This document shows positions 38,399 through 51,300 of a DNA stretch of 64,000 nt, piece by piece; within the stretch, counting starts at the first letter, position 1, and the number at the start of each line of letters is the position of its first letter. The notes under the pieces were generated by a model. That model ran no database searches. It was not told the origin of the DNA and saw only the letters and a program-made list of their open reading frames with translations. A program made the translations under genes and the position numbers. This DNA comes from Takakia lepidozioides. Lineage: Eukaryota > Plantae > Bryophyta. The DNA is taken from NCBI GenBank assembly GCA_030704615.1, contig CM060734.1, forward strand, positions 11,718,001 through 11,782,000, given 5' to 3'.

Positions 38399-40396
38399 GC
38401 ATATCCAGGTCCTTTGCCTAGCGTATCTCTCTGCTGTCGGGTCATGACGGCATAGCTACCTTTCTCGGGGCTAGCTTGCATGGTTGGAGTGGACTCTGGT
38501 TCACTCGCAATCCAATTCACCTTGTGATGCGTCTCCTGTTGACGTCCCGCTTGGTGTTGCTGCACGTTGATCTGCTGTGGCTGAGGAGGTGCCGAAGTTG
38601 ACGCCTGATGACCCCCTTGCACTCTTACATCCTGAGGAGAAGACCACGTGTTAGAACAACCCTGGGCTATCTGAGCCACAGGATTTGAGTAAGCCGCCTG
38701 GGAATTCAACCCCATGTTTGCATTGTCCCCTGCATATGATGGGACTACTGGATCCACTCTAGGCCGTTGCGCAATCGGTGTTGGCATGGCAAAATACATG
38801 CTATGTTGAAAAGGAAGAGGGTTGGGAGGTTCAGTAGCATACTGATCCGGGAAGGGGGCCTGTTGCCCTTCCAAATTCCTCTCTACCTGTTGCCGAGTGG
38901 CAGGAGCGGGTCGATCCACCTGTCGGCAAGGACATCTCTCTAGTGGATGGCCACGCTTACCGCAATGAATACAAATGATGTCACTCCAACATTCCTCCAT
39001 GGTGTGGCGCGGATGTCCACACTTTTGGCAACCTCCTCGTGACTGGTTGGAATTACACCTCTGCTTATCCTGATAAGTTGGGTTTCGGTTTACCTGCTTA
39101 TCCCTGATTGGATAAGGGCAGTGTTGTGAACCGTGACCGGAGTTGTTGCAGTTGGAACACCAAACCTTTGCTGGGTTGGGGCCGGATTCGCCAATCGGGG
39201 CTGTATCCCGATATCCTACGTAGTTGGTGATCTGCTGACCGATGGAGCTCATACGATCGCCCATTGTCTCCATTGTCTTCATGAGAGACATCACCTGGGC
39301 TTCAAGATGTCCAACTCGTGAATTAGATTGCCCACTCGAATCGGCATGTGAGCTGGTGGGCACTGCACCTGCGTATTGGGGAGCAATTGTCACCGCAACT
39401 GGTGCTGGGGCCGATGGTGGAACGTATGGTCCTGCTCCTCCCACATTCAAAGGCGTGTAATGAAGAGCGGGCTGAATTACCGCCAATGGTGTCGGACTCT
39501 GTGTGGGTTCGATTGTGATGTACGATGGTAAGGCCATCTCCGACATCTTGTACTTGTCAGTGCATGTTGTCGAACTCCTTGCCGGCTTGGATGGCATCTG
39601 CCAAAGTTGCAGGTTGTTGCTGCAACACATGGAAATGAGTGGCCTCTCGCAGACCACTCAGAAAACAATCCTTGAGTACCCCGTTGTCTAAAGGGGTCAA
39701 GGGATTCTGAAGCCTCATCAGCTCCCTAAATCTCGTCTCAAAGTCCGCTACTTCTTCTGCAAGACCTTGACGAATTCGTGCTAATGCCATCAAGACACTA
39801 GTGAATTGGTGCACCGCCCGGAAATGATCCAAAAAGGCGTCGCGAATCTGCAACCAAGTGACAAATGTTCCTAGTGCCTGCTGCCAATACCAAGTAGATG
39901 CTCTTCCCCTCATGGTTGTGGGAAACCAGATCAATCAATAAACATCGTCCAATGCTTGGTTAGAATAGCAATATTGAATAAAAAAATTCACATGATACTC
40001 TGGGTTCTCATGTGCCTCCCCGGAAAACCAAGGCAAATGCCTGGGCAATGTTAGCGGGGCAAGACCTCCCGGAACCACAATGGGTACCTCAGGCGGCCTT
40101 GGAATATGGGCCATGACTGACACTACTGATGGCAAAGGACTGACTGACCTCGCCGGAGGTGACAATGGAGGACTGGGTATTGGGGAGACCTTCCGTGAAT
40201 ACTCGTTACAAGACAGACTATCCCAATCTATACTTTCTAGACTTCGGGTGTCCGAATCGGACCCTGGACTTAATGCTGGACTCTTTCCTAGCAATTGGTC
40301 CCTGACTGCCTCTTTGGCTAGCCGACGCTGCAGCCTAGTGTCAAAAAATATACTATCTAGACTTGGGAGTGTTTCTCTCGATCCTGAGCTAGACAT
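38399..40396 (-). mobile_element. Gypsy gag with three CCHC zinc knuckles
   Basis: LPWFSGEAHENPEYHV, FPTTMRGRASTWY...TWLQIRDAFLDHF, and knuckles CSNCNNSGHGSQHC, CQKCGHPRHTMEEC and CIHCGKRGHPLERC. Confidence 0.92.
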
Positions 40397-40539
40397 ACAC
40401 TCACTGTTGCAATGATGACTCTCCTACTTCTGGTTGCACCAAAGGACCTATATTCCCTTGAAGGACCATATCAAGAATGAAAGAGGTTAAATCCGGATAC
40501 CTACCGTGGAACCTTGGTGATGGTGGTACATCCATGTGT

Positions 40540-43500
40540 GAGGTTAGCTATTTCATGAGCATGAGTGGCATGAGCGGCATGAGCGGAGTAGTAAGACAAT
40601 CGGTTTTCATGAGCAGAAGTACAAATTTTGGAAATAAAAAATATTAAAAAATATAATTTTAATGGAATGTGTCATAACAATAATAATATAATATTCATTG
40701 TTTGAAGCTGAAATTGAAGTTTTGGGAGCCGTGCTCATGATATTTCGTCTTGTGCTCATGGAAATTCCGAGCGACATCTGTAAAAATGGCGCCGAATTTC
40801 GCAGTAATAGGTTCCACAACCGAAAAAAATTGCGACGTATTTCGCGGTAATAGGTGCCTCCGGCGAAAAATGGTGCCGAATTTCGCGGCTATAGGTCCCA
40901 ACATGTCAAGTGTGTTAGCCAAAAATTTGGAAATGTGGCGCCGAATTTCGGGAGATGATGCCGAGGATTGCACAGATGTTGGGCAGTTCTGGGCCATGTG
41001 TCTGGAAATTCGGCGCCATTTTTCCAGACATCGTTCCCGTACATGTTGGGACTTGGCCAGTTTTTGGCCCAAAATAGGGAAAGTCGGCACCATATTTCCA
41101 GAATGGCCCCCACAACTGCTACTATTGGAACTCAGTTTTCTGGAAGATCTGCAAATTTATCCTGCCGCCATCTTATTATGGATTATGTTTCGACATTGAA
41201 CTACCACTGGACGTCAACGGCTATCCAGAATGTATTTGAAAGAGATTACTTTAATATTGCAGGTCTCATTCCAGGAGTTTTGGGGTGGATTTCATTAATT
41301 GCAAAACATACTCTAATGCATAAATTTTTTTTTGAAAATATCCATATGGTGGATTCCCTTTGTCCCATTAATGATTTCCGAAATCCCTGCTGAGGAGTTT
41401 GTGCAGCTCGTTCACGCTCAACGCTGGTGCATGAACAAAGTCATCAATACTCAAGTTCATCCTCAACCTCTTCAGGTAAATGTAATACAGATGCTTGCAC
41501 GGATAATACTTTGTCCCCTTCTTTGCTTCCATCAACGAGAAGTCCGTACAATTGCAGGTCGGCTCCACTCCGATTGTAACTCTGAATAATGCAAGCCATC
41601 CCAAGAGCATTGGCAATCCGAGTCTCATTCAACTTGTTGGGAGGGTGTCGTCTCTTCACTCTTCCGAATCGCATTGTGGGATGTGCAGAATTGCCCAATC
41701 CGTCTCTACTGGACTTCGTAGTCTGCAATGGCTGGGTCTGAGGAACTGGAAATGGGTGGGCAGGGACGTCTGTGCGTTGCACCATTCGAAATCCTGCTGC
41801 AGAAAGAGCATCCGCCTCATTCTGAAAGAGGTTGCAACCCGGTGCAACAGGCCAGACGCCCAGAGGCTCAGGCATTCCCTGAATCCCGTACTTGGGCTTG
41901 CCAAATACACAAGTCATTAAGTCGTGCCTACAGAACCAAAACGTCTGTGTTGTGGCGTGAGAAAATCTAGGAGTAAAAAATCTGTCGCTGAGACAAGGTG
42001 CAGGTACAGCACCGTGTGGGTTCCTCCGAATCATCTCACCGCAGCGTGCTCTCGTGTCCACCCGGATGGCGCAGCACTTTCCTCGAAAGGCCGACAATAT
42101 CCTTGCAATTCTCCACTGTGACTCCGACACTCTTGTCTCCACAATGGGTATGTTGTATTGCGTTACTACAGATGGCTCGTTATGTTCCTCGGGCACATGC
42201 CCTGTGCTCAAAGGAGATGACGTTCTTGAACGTGCAGGGCTTGCGGTGCTGACGAGACTTCCTCGGGCAACATTATGGGACCACGAGGGAGCGTGCGAAT
42301 ATTATTGTCAACTCGCCATGAATCCTCTTCTCCGTCAGGTGCCTCGTCAAGTCTTCGTCTCACTGGACGGGTGTGAACATCTCCTTCCAAGTGTTGGCCT
42401 CTTCGAAGCAATTGCGTGTCTCGAAGGCCCTCTCGCAAGGCTGCCGCCCGCTTCCGAGGATTCTTCGATCTGGAGGCAGTCCGCATCAGCATTTCCTGCC
42501 TGTCCGGCCCCAAGCCCCACTGTTTCCCTTTCAAGAACTCGTTGTACCTGCATTGTTGCATAATTGACCTCACAATGTCCTCCGTTGTGGCAGTGAGGAT
42601 GTCCACCAGATGCGCCGCAGAGGAGGCACACCAGGAAGAGTGTACTGATTCGGCCATGTTTGTTGTCGGCATGTCGGTATCGGAGTTCAGACACATTTTC
42701 TGCACATGCACATTCTCAGGTTACAAGCAAGTTACAAATAATGACTAGTATAATATTGAACGGGACATGAATTCGTCCAACTCACCTCCCGCATATAGTC
42801 GCCAAACTGGAGGAAACGATATTGCCACCATGTTAGCCAAACTGACCATTGCTCCCTCGTCTGATTTCTTTACAACACCTGATGTTGTCCACCAAGCCCG
42901 TATACATGCAAACTGTGTCTCTGCATCATCCAAGGTGGGAGCACGATTCCACACAAGACACATGGAACGGTGCTCCTCTCTGAATTCTGGCGCCACGAGC
43001 CTGGTTGTGTACTGCGACAAGCTCTACAGAAAATGGAACCCACAAGATCTCTCCTTGCCTTCCATTGGAACATTGGGGTCTTCCCCGTACACCCTTTGGA
43101 TAGCAGCCCAATTTGCTTGTGCGTTGTCCGCCATAAAACCACGGAAATTCGGCGGGGGCAACCCCGCCCTGGCCATCTGTTTGTTTATTCCCTGCCAAAG
43201 AAGCATCTCCGATTGTGTGTCCTCCCTTTTCATCTCACAAATAACAATTGTCATTAGCATCCTATAGTGGGGGTCGTAGACATGTGCACCCATTGTCACC
43301 CACTGGTGATTTGTAATTCGCTTGATATGGTCGAACATGACCCAACTGTTTGACAAGTCCCCACTCGTCATCCGGTGGACCAGATCCACGCCGCTTCCAG
43401 GCCCACACGTTGACATTTTGAATATGAAACAACGATCTGCCTCAGTCCTTTGTCCTTGAAACCTACTTCCATGAATGTAGTCATATCCATATCGCCGCTT

Positions 43501-44923
43501 CACCTCCAGAATAGAGTGCATATCCGAGCCTCGCCCAATTCTTTGTTTGCAGGAGACAATGTGGTTTCGGATATTCGGTGAACAGACGTGGGACACTAAC
43601 TCTAGCAAGGCCTCCATTTCCTTCTCATCGAGAGGGACTTTGTCGGAGCCATCTTCCGACATAATTCTGCCCAATGCCATCTTATGGGCGGCCTGTAGCT
43701 GTATCTGTTTGGGTTTGGCATCAGGTCTTAACTTAACCTCCTCCTGAATGAGCTGCTCTGCCTCCTGGGCAGCCTCCCACGAGTTCCCCCTCGCCAATTT
43801 GTGACAATGCACACCAACGTGTATGCAAGCTCGTGTGAGGTCAGGGAAACGGTGCAACACATAGGACTGCTTGGCATTACAAACAGACATGCAATGTGGT
43901 GGTTCTTTGCAATGCGCACACTTAAATGTGGAGTTTGGAACCTTTTCCTGAGCTCGAAATGGTTGATGAGCTGTGCCTGTCCAATCCGTCTCGTTCCTGT
44001 GACCTCTGGATTTAAAGTGGAAGCAAGTTGGGGAGAAACACCGCAGCGCGCCCGCACACACAACGTAGCGCACCCGCACACCATCGAGCATCTTCATGCT
44101 GGTGGTTCTGGTGATGCACCAAGGATGACCGTCATGTTTCCTATCCATATCTGTCAACATTCCGGACGCCCTCGAATAGTCCGTTCGAGGAGGGAACTCA
44201 AAAAAGATATTGTCGTCGACGTCTGCGGGAAGACATGTCACGGATTTAATTGCAAACTTGTTGTAGTCCAGCCTAGCCAGTTCGGAGCGGTGTCCCTCCG
44301 TCTGAAGCCCTCGCAGAATATCAAGAATGGATTGAGTTGCTGAGCTCGTGCTGGGAATATGACTCCCTCGTCCGCTGATGTCCATTGAGGACTTGCCTGA
44401 TCTCCATGATGATCTTGGAACTTCCATGACCTCGTCGGAGTTAGACAGGTTGTGAACAACCCGGTTCTCGCTCATCTTCATTGATGGGATCGGCTCTAGA
44501 TTAAGTTCGTTGCGGATTTCTCTCTTTGAGGTACCAACTCTCTGATTCGCGGATTGTTTCATGGAAGGCGGCAGGATAGAAGGCGCATTTGGCGGGCAAA
44601 TGAAGTCCCCAACAGCCTGTATATGACGCTGTTCGATGGTGGAACTCGCCATTCCCTGCCGTCGCCAAAATCGTCGTGGAGCACAACAATACTTTCGACT
44701 ACAACTCCATTTGAATCCTTCCTTTCCTCCTCCAGGCATACTGACCCTGGTTTCAGGTGGTATCGGACGCAGAGATATTTCTCCATCACCCGACAGATCC
44801 CCCCTCTGCACGGAAATGTAGCTCTATGCTTGTGAGGAGGGCAGTACAATATAACGCTTGAGTTTTCTGCCATGAGAGATGTGCACACAAGATTGTGAGC
44901 ATGGCGTTCGGGCAAGCGCCCTG
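40540..44923 (-). mobile_element. Mutator-like (MULE) element, 3' part: transposase pseudogene with GCM-like zinc domain, DDE core and SWIM finger
   Basis: DDE-type motifs VMFDHIKR, FMADNAQANWAAI, CGFH and TTNMAESVH; SWIM finger CNCTDF...PCKHLYY. An 86-nt GT-AG intron at 42785-42700 joins YMRE|KMCLN. Subterminal AAAATGGCGCCGAATTTC repeats at 40780-41100. A few stops and frameshifts. Confidence 0.85.
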
Positions 44924-46854
44924 CACTACAACAAATTGCGGCTTTCATGACTGCCATGGGTGCGCAATCATGGCCGATTTGTGGCAGAAATGCCATTTGC
45001 AGTCGTAAAATGCCTTTGAAGTCATAACGCAGGTCTGGGGAAGGTGTATATGCGACTGCATGATTCCGGACTCTGCTCAACACAGGTCAAACATGTTTGA
45101 CCATAAATATTGGCATGGCGGATATGACTACCAGTCACGGTCATGGCTACACTGGAATGACGTGTGCATATTGCTAGACAGACATATGACTTCATGACTC
45201 TCACTCTAATGCATTCTGCCAGATCATCACATGGATGAAACACTACATGACTGCATGTGTCGACACATGCTTTTCTGGTTATATATATAATATATGAGTA
45301 TTTATATTATGAAAAAATGGAAACTCTGACCACTAGAATAAAAAACAAAAAAAAACAAAGTGCAAAAGATTTAAAAAAAGCACATCCGCTGGTAAGTGCA
45401 CACTGTGTGGCCTTGGTGGTTCGGGGTTCAAACCCGCGCCCTGACCCCGTGTGTGGGATTGTTCGTGACGGTATGTCCGGGCGTTGATCGTCATGTAGGT
45501 CTCATGGCCCATAAATGAAAGGGGGTTAATTTTTCCCCCTTCTCAAGGACCTGAGGTTTCTTTTTAATTTAATTTTTTTTAAAAAAAAATTGCTTATAGG
45601 GTTTGCAAAAAGGTTAAAAAACTTAAAAAATTGCCCATCACGGTAGCCGTGAACAGACTTAGAGCAAGCGAGCGGGAGGGAGAGAGAGAGGGCTGGGACT
45701 TAGAGCGAGCGGGAGGGAGGGAAAACATGCATAGGAGGCCTGCAGTTGGAGCAACCTTCGCATTTGAAGCAAGCAACCCTAGAAACGCTAGGGTATGTGT
45801 GCGAGGAGGTTTCGGCTGGGAGCTCGCCGTTCTTAGGAGAGTCTGCTTGGTCTTAGCAGGCCGTGTTTCAATCTCTACCCGCTCAGCTGCACCGTGGTGG
45901 TTCTCACAGACCAATCCGACATTACCTGACTACAGACACAAGCAGCACACACAAGAGACAACCACAATCGCAAGGTGTGGCTTTTTCTTAATGTACGATG
46001 TGAAGAAGTTTGTCCATCCTGCAAATGTGGGCCCTCCTGTTAGTACCATGATTTGGTATTCTTCCTGATGCTTGCAAGGTTCTTGGGAGAGTCAGCTTGG
46101 TCTTAGCAGGCCGTATTTCAATCTCTGCTCGCTCAGCTGCACCGTGGTGGTTCTCACTGACCAATCCGACATTACCTGACTATAGACACAAGCAGCACAC
46201 ACAAGAGGTACTCTTGGGTTCATGGTCAGTCAAATCCTCCATGGGTCATGACACAAGGTCGAGGACAATGTGGTGAGGGCACCTTTTTCTTCAGCCTATT
46301 TCAGCCTATTTTGCCCTCTCATCAGACTCAGCTCTGAATTTGCATATTGAAGTCTGTAAGTTAGCTCGTTGGGTGGATCTGTGGCGGTTTGGAGTGACTT
46401 TGATGTTACTGCCAATGTAGCAGCAGGAAAGTATCCAAAAACACATAACTGAGATGAGGAGAAGCTTTGGAATGAACACTTTTGGGACCCAGTCAATGGT
46501 AGGACAAAACTTTTAAACAAAAAGGTGAATGCCTGTTGGACTATAGAGAGAAGCAGATGCAATTCAGAATTCTGCAAGTTAGCTGGTTGAGTGAACCTTT
46601 ATGTGTAAGGTTTAGCTTCTCCTTTCTCAAGCAAGGTTTGGCCAACAAATGTGGATGCAGGATCAATGTCATGAAAGAATGTTAGTGTGTATGTAGTCTT
46701 AGCTAGCAAGTGCCATAAGTTCTGCTGGTCTTATGCTCTGGAGTGTGTTGTGAAGTCTTAGTTTGCACTGGCTTGCGGAGATCTATTGCAAGGTACCATG
46801 GTACAGCAAACGGTCATTTGGAGTTGTTTGGAAATAAACGCATCTGTGTGGCAG

Positions 46855-47865
46855 ATGGTGGCAAGTGATCATGGCATGACAGATGCAGGCAACCATGGTG
46901 GTGCCTCCTATCAGGAGACCGATGCGCTGGCCATGTTTATAGCCAAGACAATGGATACTGGCTCCTCCCTTGACCTGCCTGCAGGGATCCCTGTTTCAAC
47001 TCCTGCTGGAGGGTCCGCTTTTCAGGTTGCCTTCTCTTAACATCTTTTGATGAGGATGGGACTTTGAGGCCACTGTCTCTGGGTTAATGAACTTCTATAT
47101 TTTTGGTGAGGCAACCAGTCTTGAATATTGCAATGCCTTCATTCCCACTTTGAGAATGTATGAAACCAAGAAGAAGCACAAGGTTTTGAATCTAGGGGCA
47201 AAAGGTGTATTAGGAGAAACCAACAACCTATTGAAGTAGCATTAAGTGGCGGTGCTTCCAGCTGAAATTTGAAGGCTCCACATTGAGGAAGTCTTTTTCA
47301 GGTCAAATTGATGTGCAGGTCTTGACACTATATTGGATGGGAGCATCTGGCCATTTTGGGCTGGGAAACAGCAATACTTTGGCGACGGTTGATGTAGCGG
47401 GTGCGTACATTGTAGGTCTCTCTGCCCTTATTATCTTAAGTAGAATTTTTCCAATATTCCTCAAGCCACATGACTCATTCACTATGATGGATAATTGTAT
47501 TCTGAGGTGCTGCATTAATTTCTAAGAGCTTCCCTCCCTTTTGATGAGAAAGAAAGGCTTTTGTTTGCAGGGCTTGTCATCCCATTCAACTGTGCTTTCA
47601 GGGCTGCTGGCGTTCATCATCACCTATGCATCTCTTTTTCTCTTCATGCTGGGAATGCTACTGCTTTCTTGTCCCCTTCCTAAAGCGCTTTCAAAGAAAG
47701 TCGATATTCGAGGGCCAAATGTCTTTGAACAATGGCGCCTTGAGGCACTCACTCTTCCATGCATTTTGCCTATGGCTTTGAACAGGGTGATCTTGGCGGC
47801 ATTCACGGGCATCCTTACTCTCATGCAAAACCATGTATTTGTTTGGAGTTGTCTTCTCCCCCAAG
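46855..47865 (+). pseudogene. PIGG: Captured fragments of GPI ethanolamine phosphate transferase 2 (PIG-G/GPI7), with introns
   Basis: Exon 46855-47025 (MVASDHGMTDAGNHGGASYQETDAL), exon about 47319-47411 (GHFGLGNSNTLATVDVAGAYI) and exon 47571-47865 (GLSSHSTVLSGLLAFIITYAS...MQNHVFVWS, frameshifted near FSPK). GT/AG borders are present and the middle of the gene is missing. Confidence 0.88.
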
Positions 47866-48024
47866 TAGGTCTACCTTGGCACATTCAACTTCGCAGATGC
47901 AATTCAGAATTCTGCAAGTTAGCTGGTTGAGTGAACCTTTCATAGTTTGGAGTGACTTTGACATGATACTGCCAATGTGACAACAGGAAAGTATCCAGAA
48001 ACAGGTAACAGAGACGAGGAGCTG

Positions 48025-48380
48025 TGGAATGCAATGCGTGTGCGAGTTTGGCAGCCCTCCTGGAATATTGCAAAGAGGCCATGTTGACATCATCAAAGCT
48101 GGAATTGTACATTTTGGATGTCATTCTCAACAGTACCCTGGTGGACATGTATGCCAAGGGGCGGGGAGCATTAAGGATGCAAAACGAGTGTTTGACAATA
48201 TGGTTGAACGAAATCTGGTGTCCTGGAATGCGATGATTGCAGGATATGCCCAGCCTGGTTGTGATCTATGGAGGCGGGCTGCAACTGTTGAAAGAAATGC
48301 AAGTGGATGGATTGAAGCTGGACAATATCGCTTTTATATGTGTTCTCTTTGCATGTAGCCACCATAACATTGTGCATGGC
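48025..48380 (+). pseudogene. PLS-type PPR fragment inside CACTA element 3
   Basis: [10 protein letters not shown]...[53 protein letters not shown]...[26 protein letters not shown], across frameshifts. Confidence 0.9.
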
Positions 48381-51300
48381 CAGAGGCTTAGTTGTGCTTG
48401 TGCGTTTACCACCCCCCAATGGGGGTGTGGTGATGTGCGCTTCACATTTATGTTTTCTGACCTAGCCTTTGTAGCAACTCCGCCCTTTGTTTTGATTACC
48501 TTTCAATCCGGGTATGAAGTTTTCACACCATTTTGTGAAGTATTGCAGCAACGGTGTGGCCCAACCATTTTCTGAGCCAGTTCTTTGATAAATTATTAAG
48601 TCCTCTCTATACTGACTGTTTTGCAGATCGTGCTATTCTGTCATGGCAGTGAGCTCGTGGTATGTTCCCCTATAGGTCTGAATCATTCCTATCTGGTTCT
48701 TATTACTTGCTGACAGTTTACAGCTTTTATTTATTTTTCCATGTTTGGGTAAGGCAATAACCTCTCTCGCTGTCGTTTGCGTGTAGGTAGTTGGTATGCC
48801 AGGTGGTGTGTGACCAGTGGGAAGTAGTGTGCCTGGCATCTGGGTAAGAGGGTTTTTGACACATTGCATTATTGGGGCCAGATGTTGGGTGTCTAAGATT
48901 CATCGTGTGGCAGGTATGTTTTACTTTGATTTGGGCAGTGGGCTGTAGGTGTGGTAGCTTGTATGATACTGTTCATGGGGCCGAGTGGAGTGCTCCCCAT
49001 GACTTGATTTTTAGTGGAGTACAGATTATCTATGCCTACGTATTTATTATTGGTTTGTGATTGGAAGGGTCTAGATCATTGGGTGTTGATGAGTGTAGAG
49101 TTGTTTATGGCAATTCTGGCCTGCCCCCTCCCCTTCAACCACTCCACATTTTTGGTTTTGTGGTGATTGATTTTTAGCTCTGATATACTATGCTGATTGT
49201 TTGGGTTATAGCCCTGCAGCTTCTTTGGCTTCTTCTGATTAGGTCTGTTTCAAACAGTCTCGCGGGGGCCACTCCTTAACAGTTTGGTAGACACGCACGA
49301 TAAAGGGTATTTTCCTAGGGGGTATTAATTTAATTATTTGGTTTTGTCTCCACCTTATAATTATATAATTTTCTAATATACAACATTTTTTAGTAGGTTA
49401 TTTTTTTAATATTCAGCAGCAACCATGAATATTTGATATGCTATATTAATATAAAAATAAATAAAATAAAATGTTACAAAGCAAAAACTTGTGTTTTACA
49501 TTCCCATGCAAACTTGCATTTTACATTTCATTACTTACTCATCTAGAGTATCACTATGATCGACATCAGCAAGGGTATATACATTCTGACCTCTATCGTA
49601 AGTCAGAGTTACTGAGCTAATAATTGAATCAATATCTATCCATTTACTATCGGTGACATCGTACTTGAACTTCAGATGCCGTCTAGACTTAGAGAAGTAA
49701 TTTAATAGTACCATGATATTGGTAGATGGTTTGTTGAAGAGATCTATTGGCTAACGGGAGATCCCCCATTAGTGCCCACCTAAGTAATCAAATAGCTTAA
49801 CCCTAGCTTTGCCCACACTTTGCAGTGTAAGTAGGATCATTCTATGGTCAATGAACAATCAGCTAATTAACTACAAAGGGGTTTTTGCCCCTTTCTTTTC
49901 ACACTACACATCCATACATTGCTTGACACGTGTCATCCAAAAATACCTTCACCCTATGAGTAATTCTAAATAAAATGTAATTGGAGCCTTTAACCTCTAC
50001 CCTATATTTAGATAAATGCTCCCGCCTATATTTCTCATACCCTATATTACTTTGAAAAATGTTCTAATTTTTACTTGTAGAGAATAAATGACACCCTATA
50101 TTTTTTTTTGCACGTTAGGTGGTCATTTTTAGAAGTGGACCCCCCAAGCAAACAGTGCATTAAGTAGTGTGGTTTTCCTGCATTTGGTGTCTACAGGTTG
50201 AGGGGTGTCCCTTACTTTCTTTTTTTTGGGTGAACAACCTGTTGGGTTAGGATTTTGATGAATTTTGTAGGGGCTGTTATTCCATAGATGTATGCAGGTG
50301 TTGCCTCTTCGCTGAGTACATCTTGGTAATTGGGGAGAGGGGATGGTGCAAGAATTTTTTTGGAACAATATAATTGATTATTCTTTCATATGTTCCTTCG
50401 ACATTACCTATTCGGGCCTTGGAGGTGGTAGTTGCAAGTATCCTGGCTCGGTGCGTTTCATGTTCTGGCGTGGGGGCATGGTGGGAGGGGCCCCACAGTG
50501 GCGAGTTTTTTAATGGTTAGTATGTGACTGGGCTGCTTGGGTGGCTTCAATCTTGGGGGCAGCTGGGCTGCGAGCCTGTTATGACTGCTCTTGTGTCCAT
50601 TGGGGTCTAGGTATGTGGATTAGGTACTGAATGCTAGCATGCACGGTAGGCTCAGCTAATGAAGGCACCTTCTTCAATACATTTCATCCTGTTTTTCCCT
50701 CTTATCAGTATCGGCCCTACATTTTCATGTTGAATTCTGCAAGTTAGCTGGTTGAGTGAACCTTTGATAGTTTGGAGTGGCTCAGACATGATACTGCCAA
50801 TGTGACAACATGAAAGTATCCAGAAATAGGTAACAGAGACGAGGAGAAGCTGTGGAATGAATACTTTTCTGACCCCAGTCAAGGGACAATCGAGGCAAAA
50901 AGGTGAATGCCTGTTGGATTACAGAGAATAGCAGACGCAATTCAGCATAGGAACTAGTGTGATAAACTGAGTTTGGTGTTTCCTAGAACAAATCTAGGTT
51001 GTCATTGTCAGATGCTAGCAGCAAGGCAAGGATGAATGCATGATTTGTCCAATGGCATGGATAGCTGAAGGAGTAGGGATAGAGTGTGGGTCCAGAGAGT
51101 AGCAAATGCAATTGAGCATAGGAACTAGTGTGACAAGTTGAGTTGGGTGTTTCCTAGAACAAATCTAGGCTGTCATTGTTAGTTGCTAGCAGCAAGGCAA
51201 GGATGTATGCATGATTTTTGCAGAGGCATGGATAGCTGAAGGAGCAGGGGTAGAGTGTGGGCACAGATTCATCCAAGAGGGCCAGATTTCCAAGCACAAG

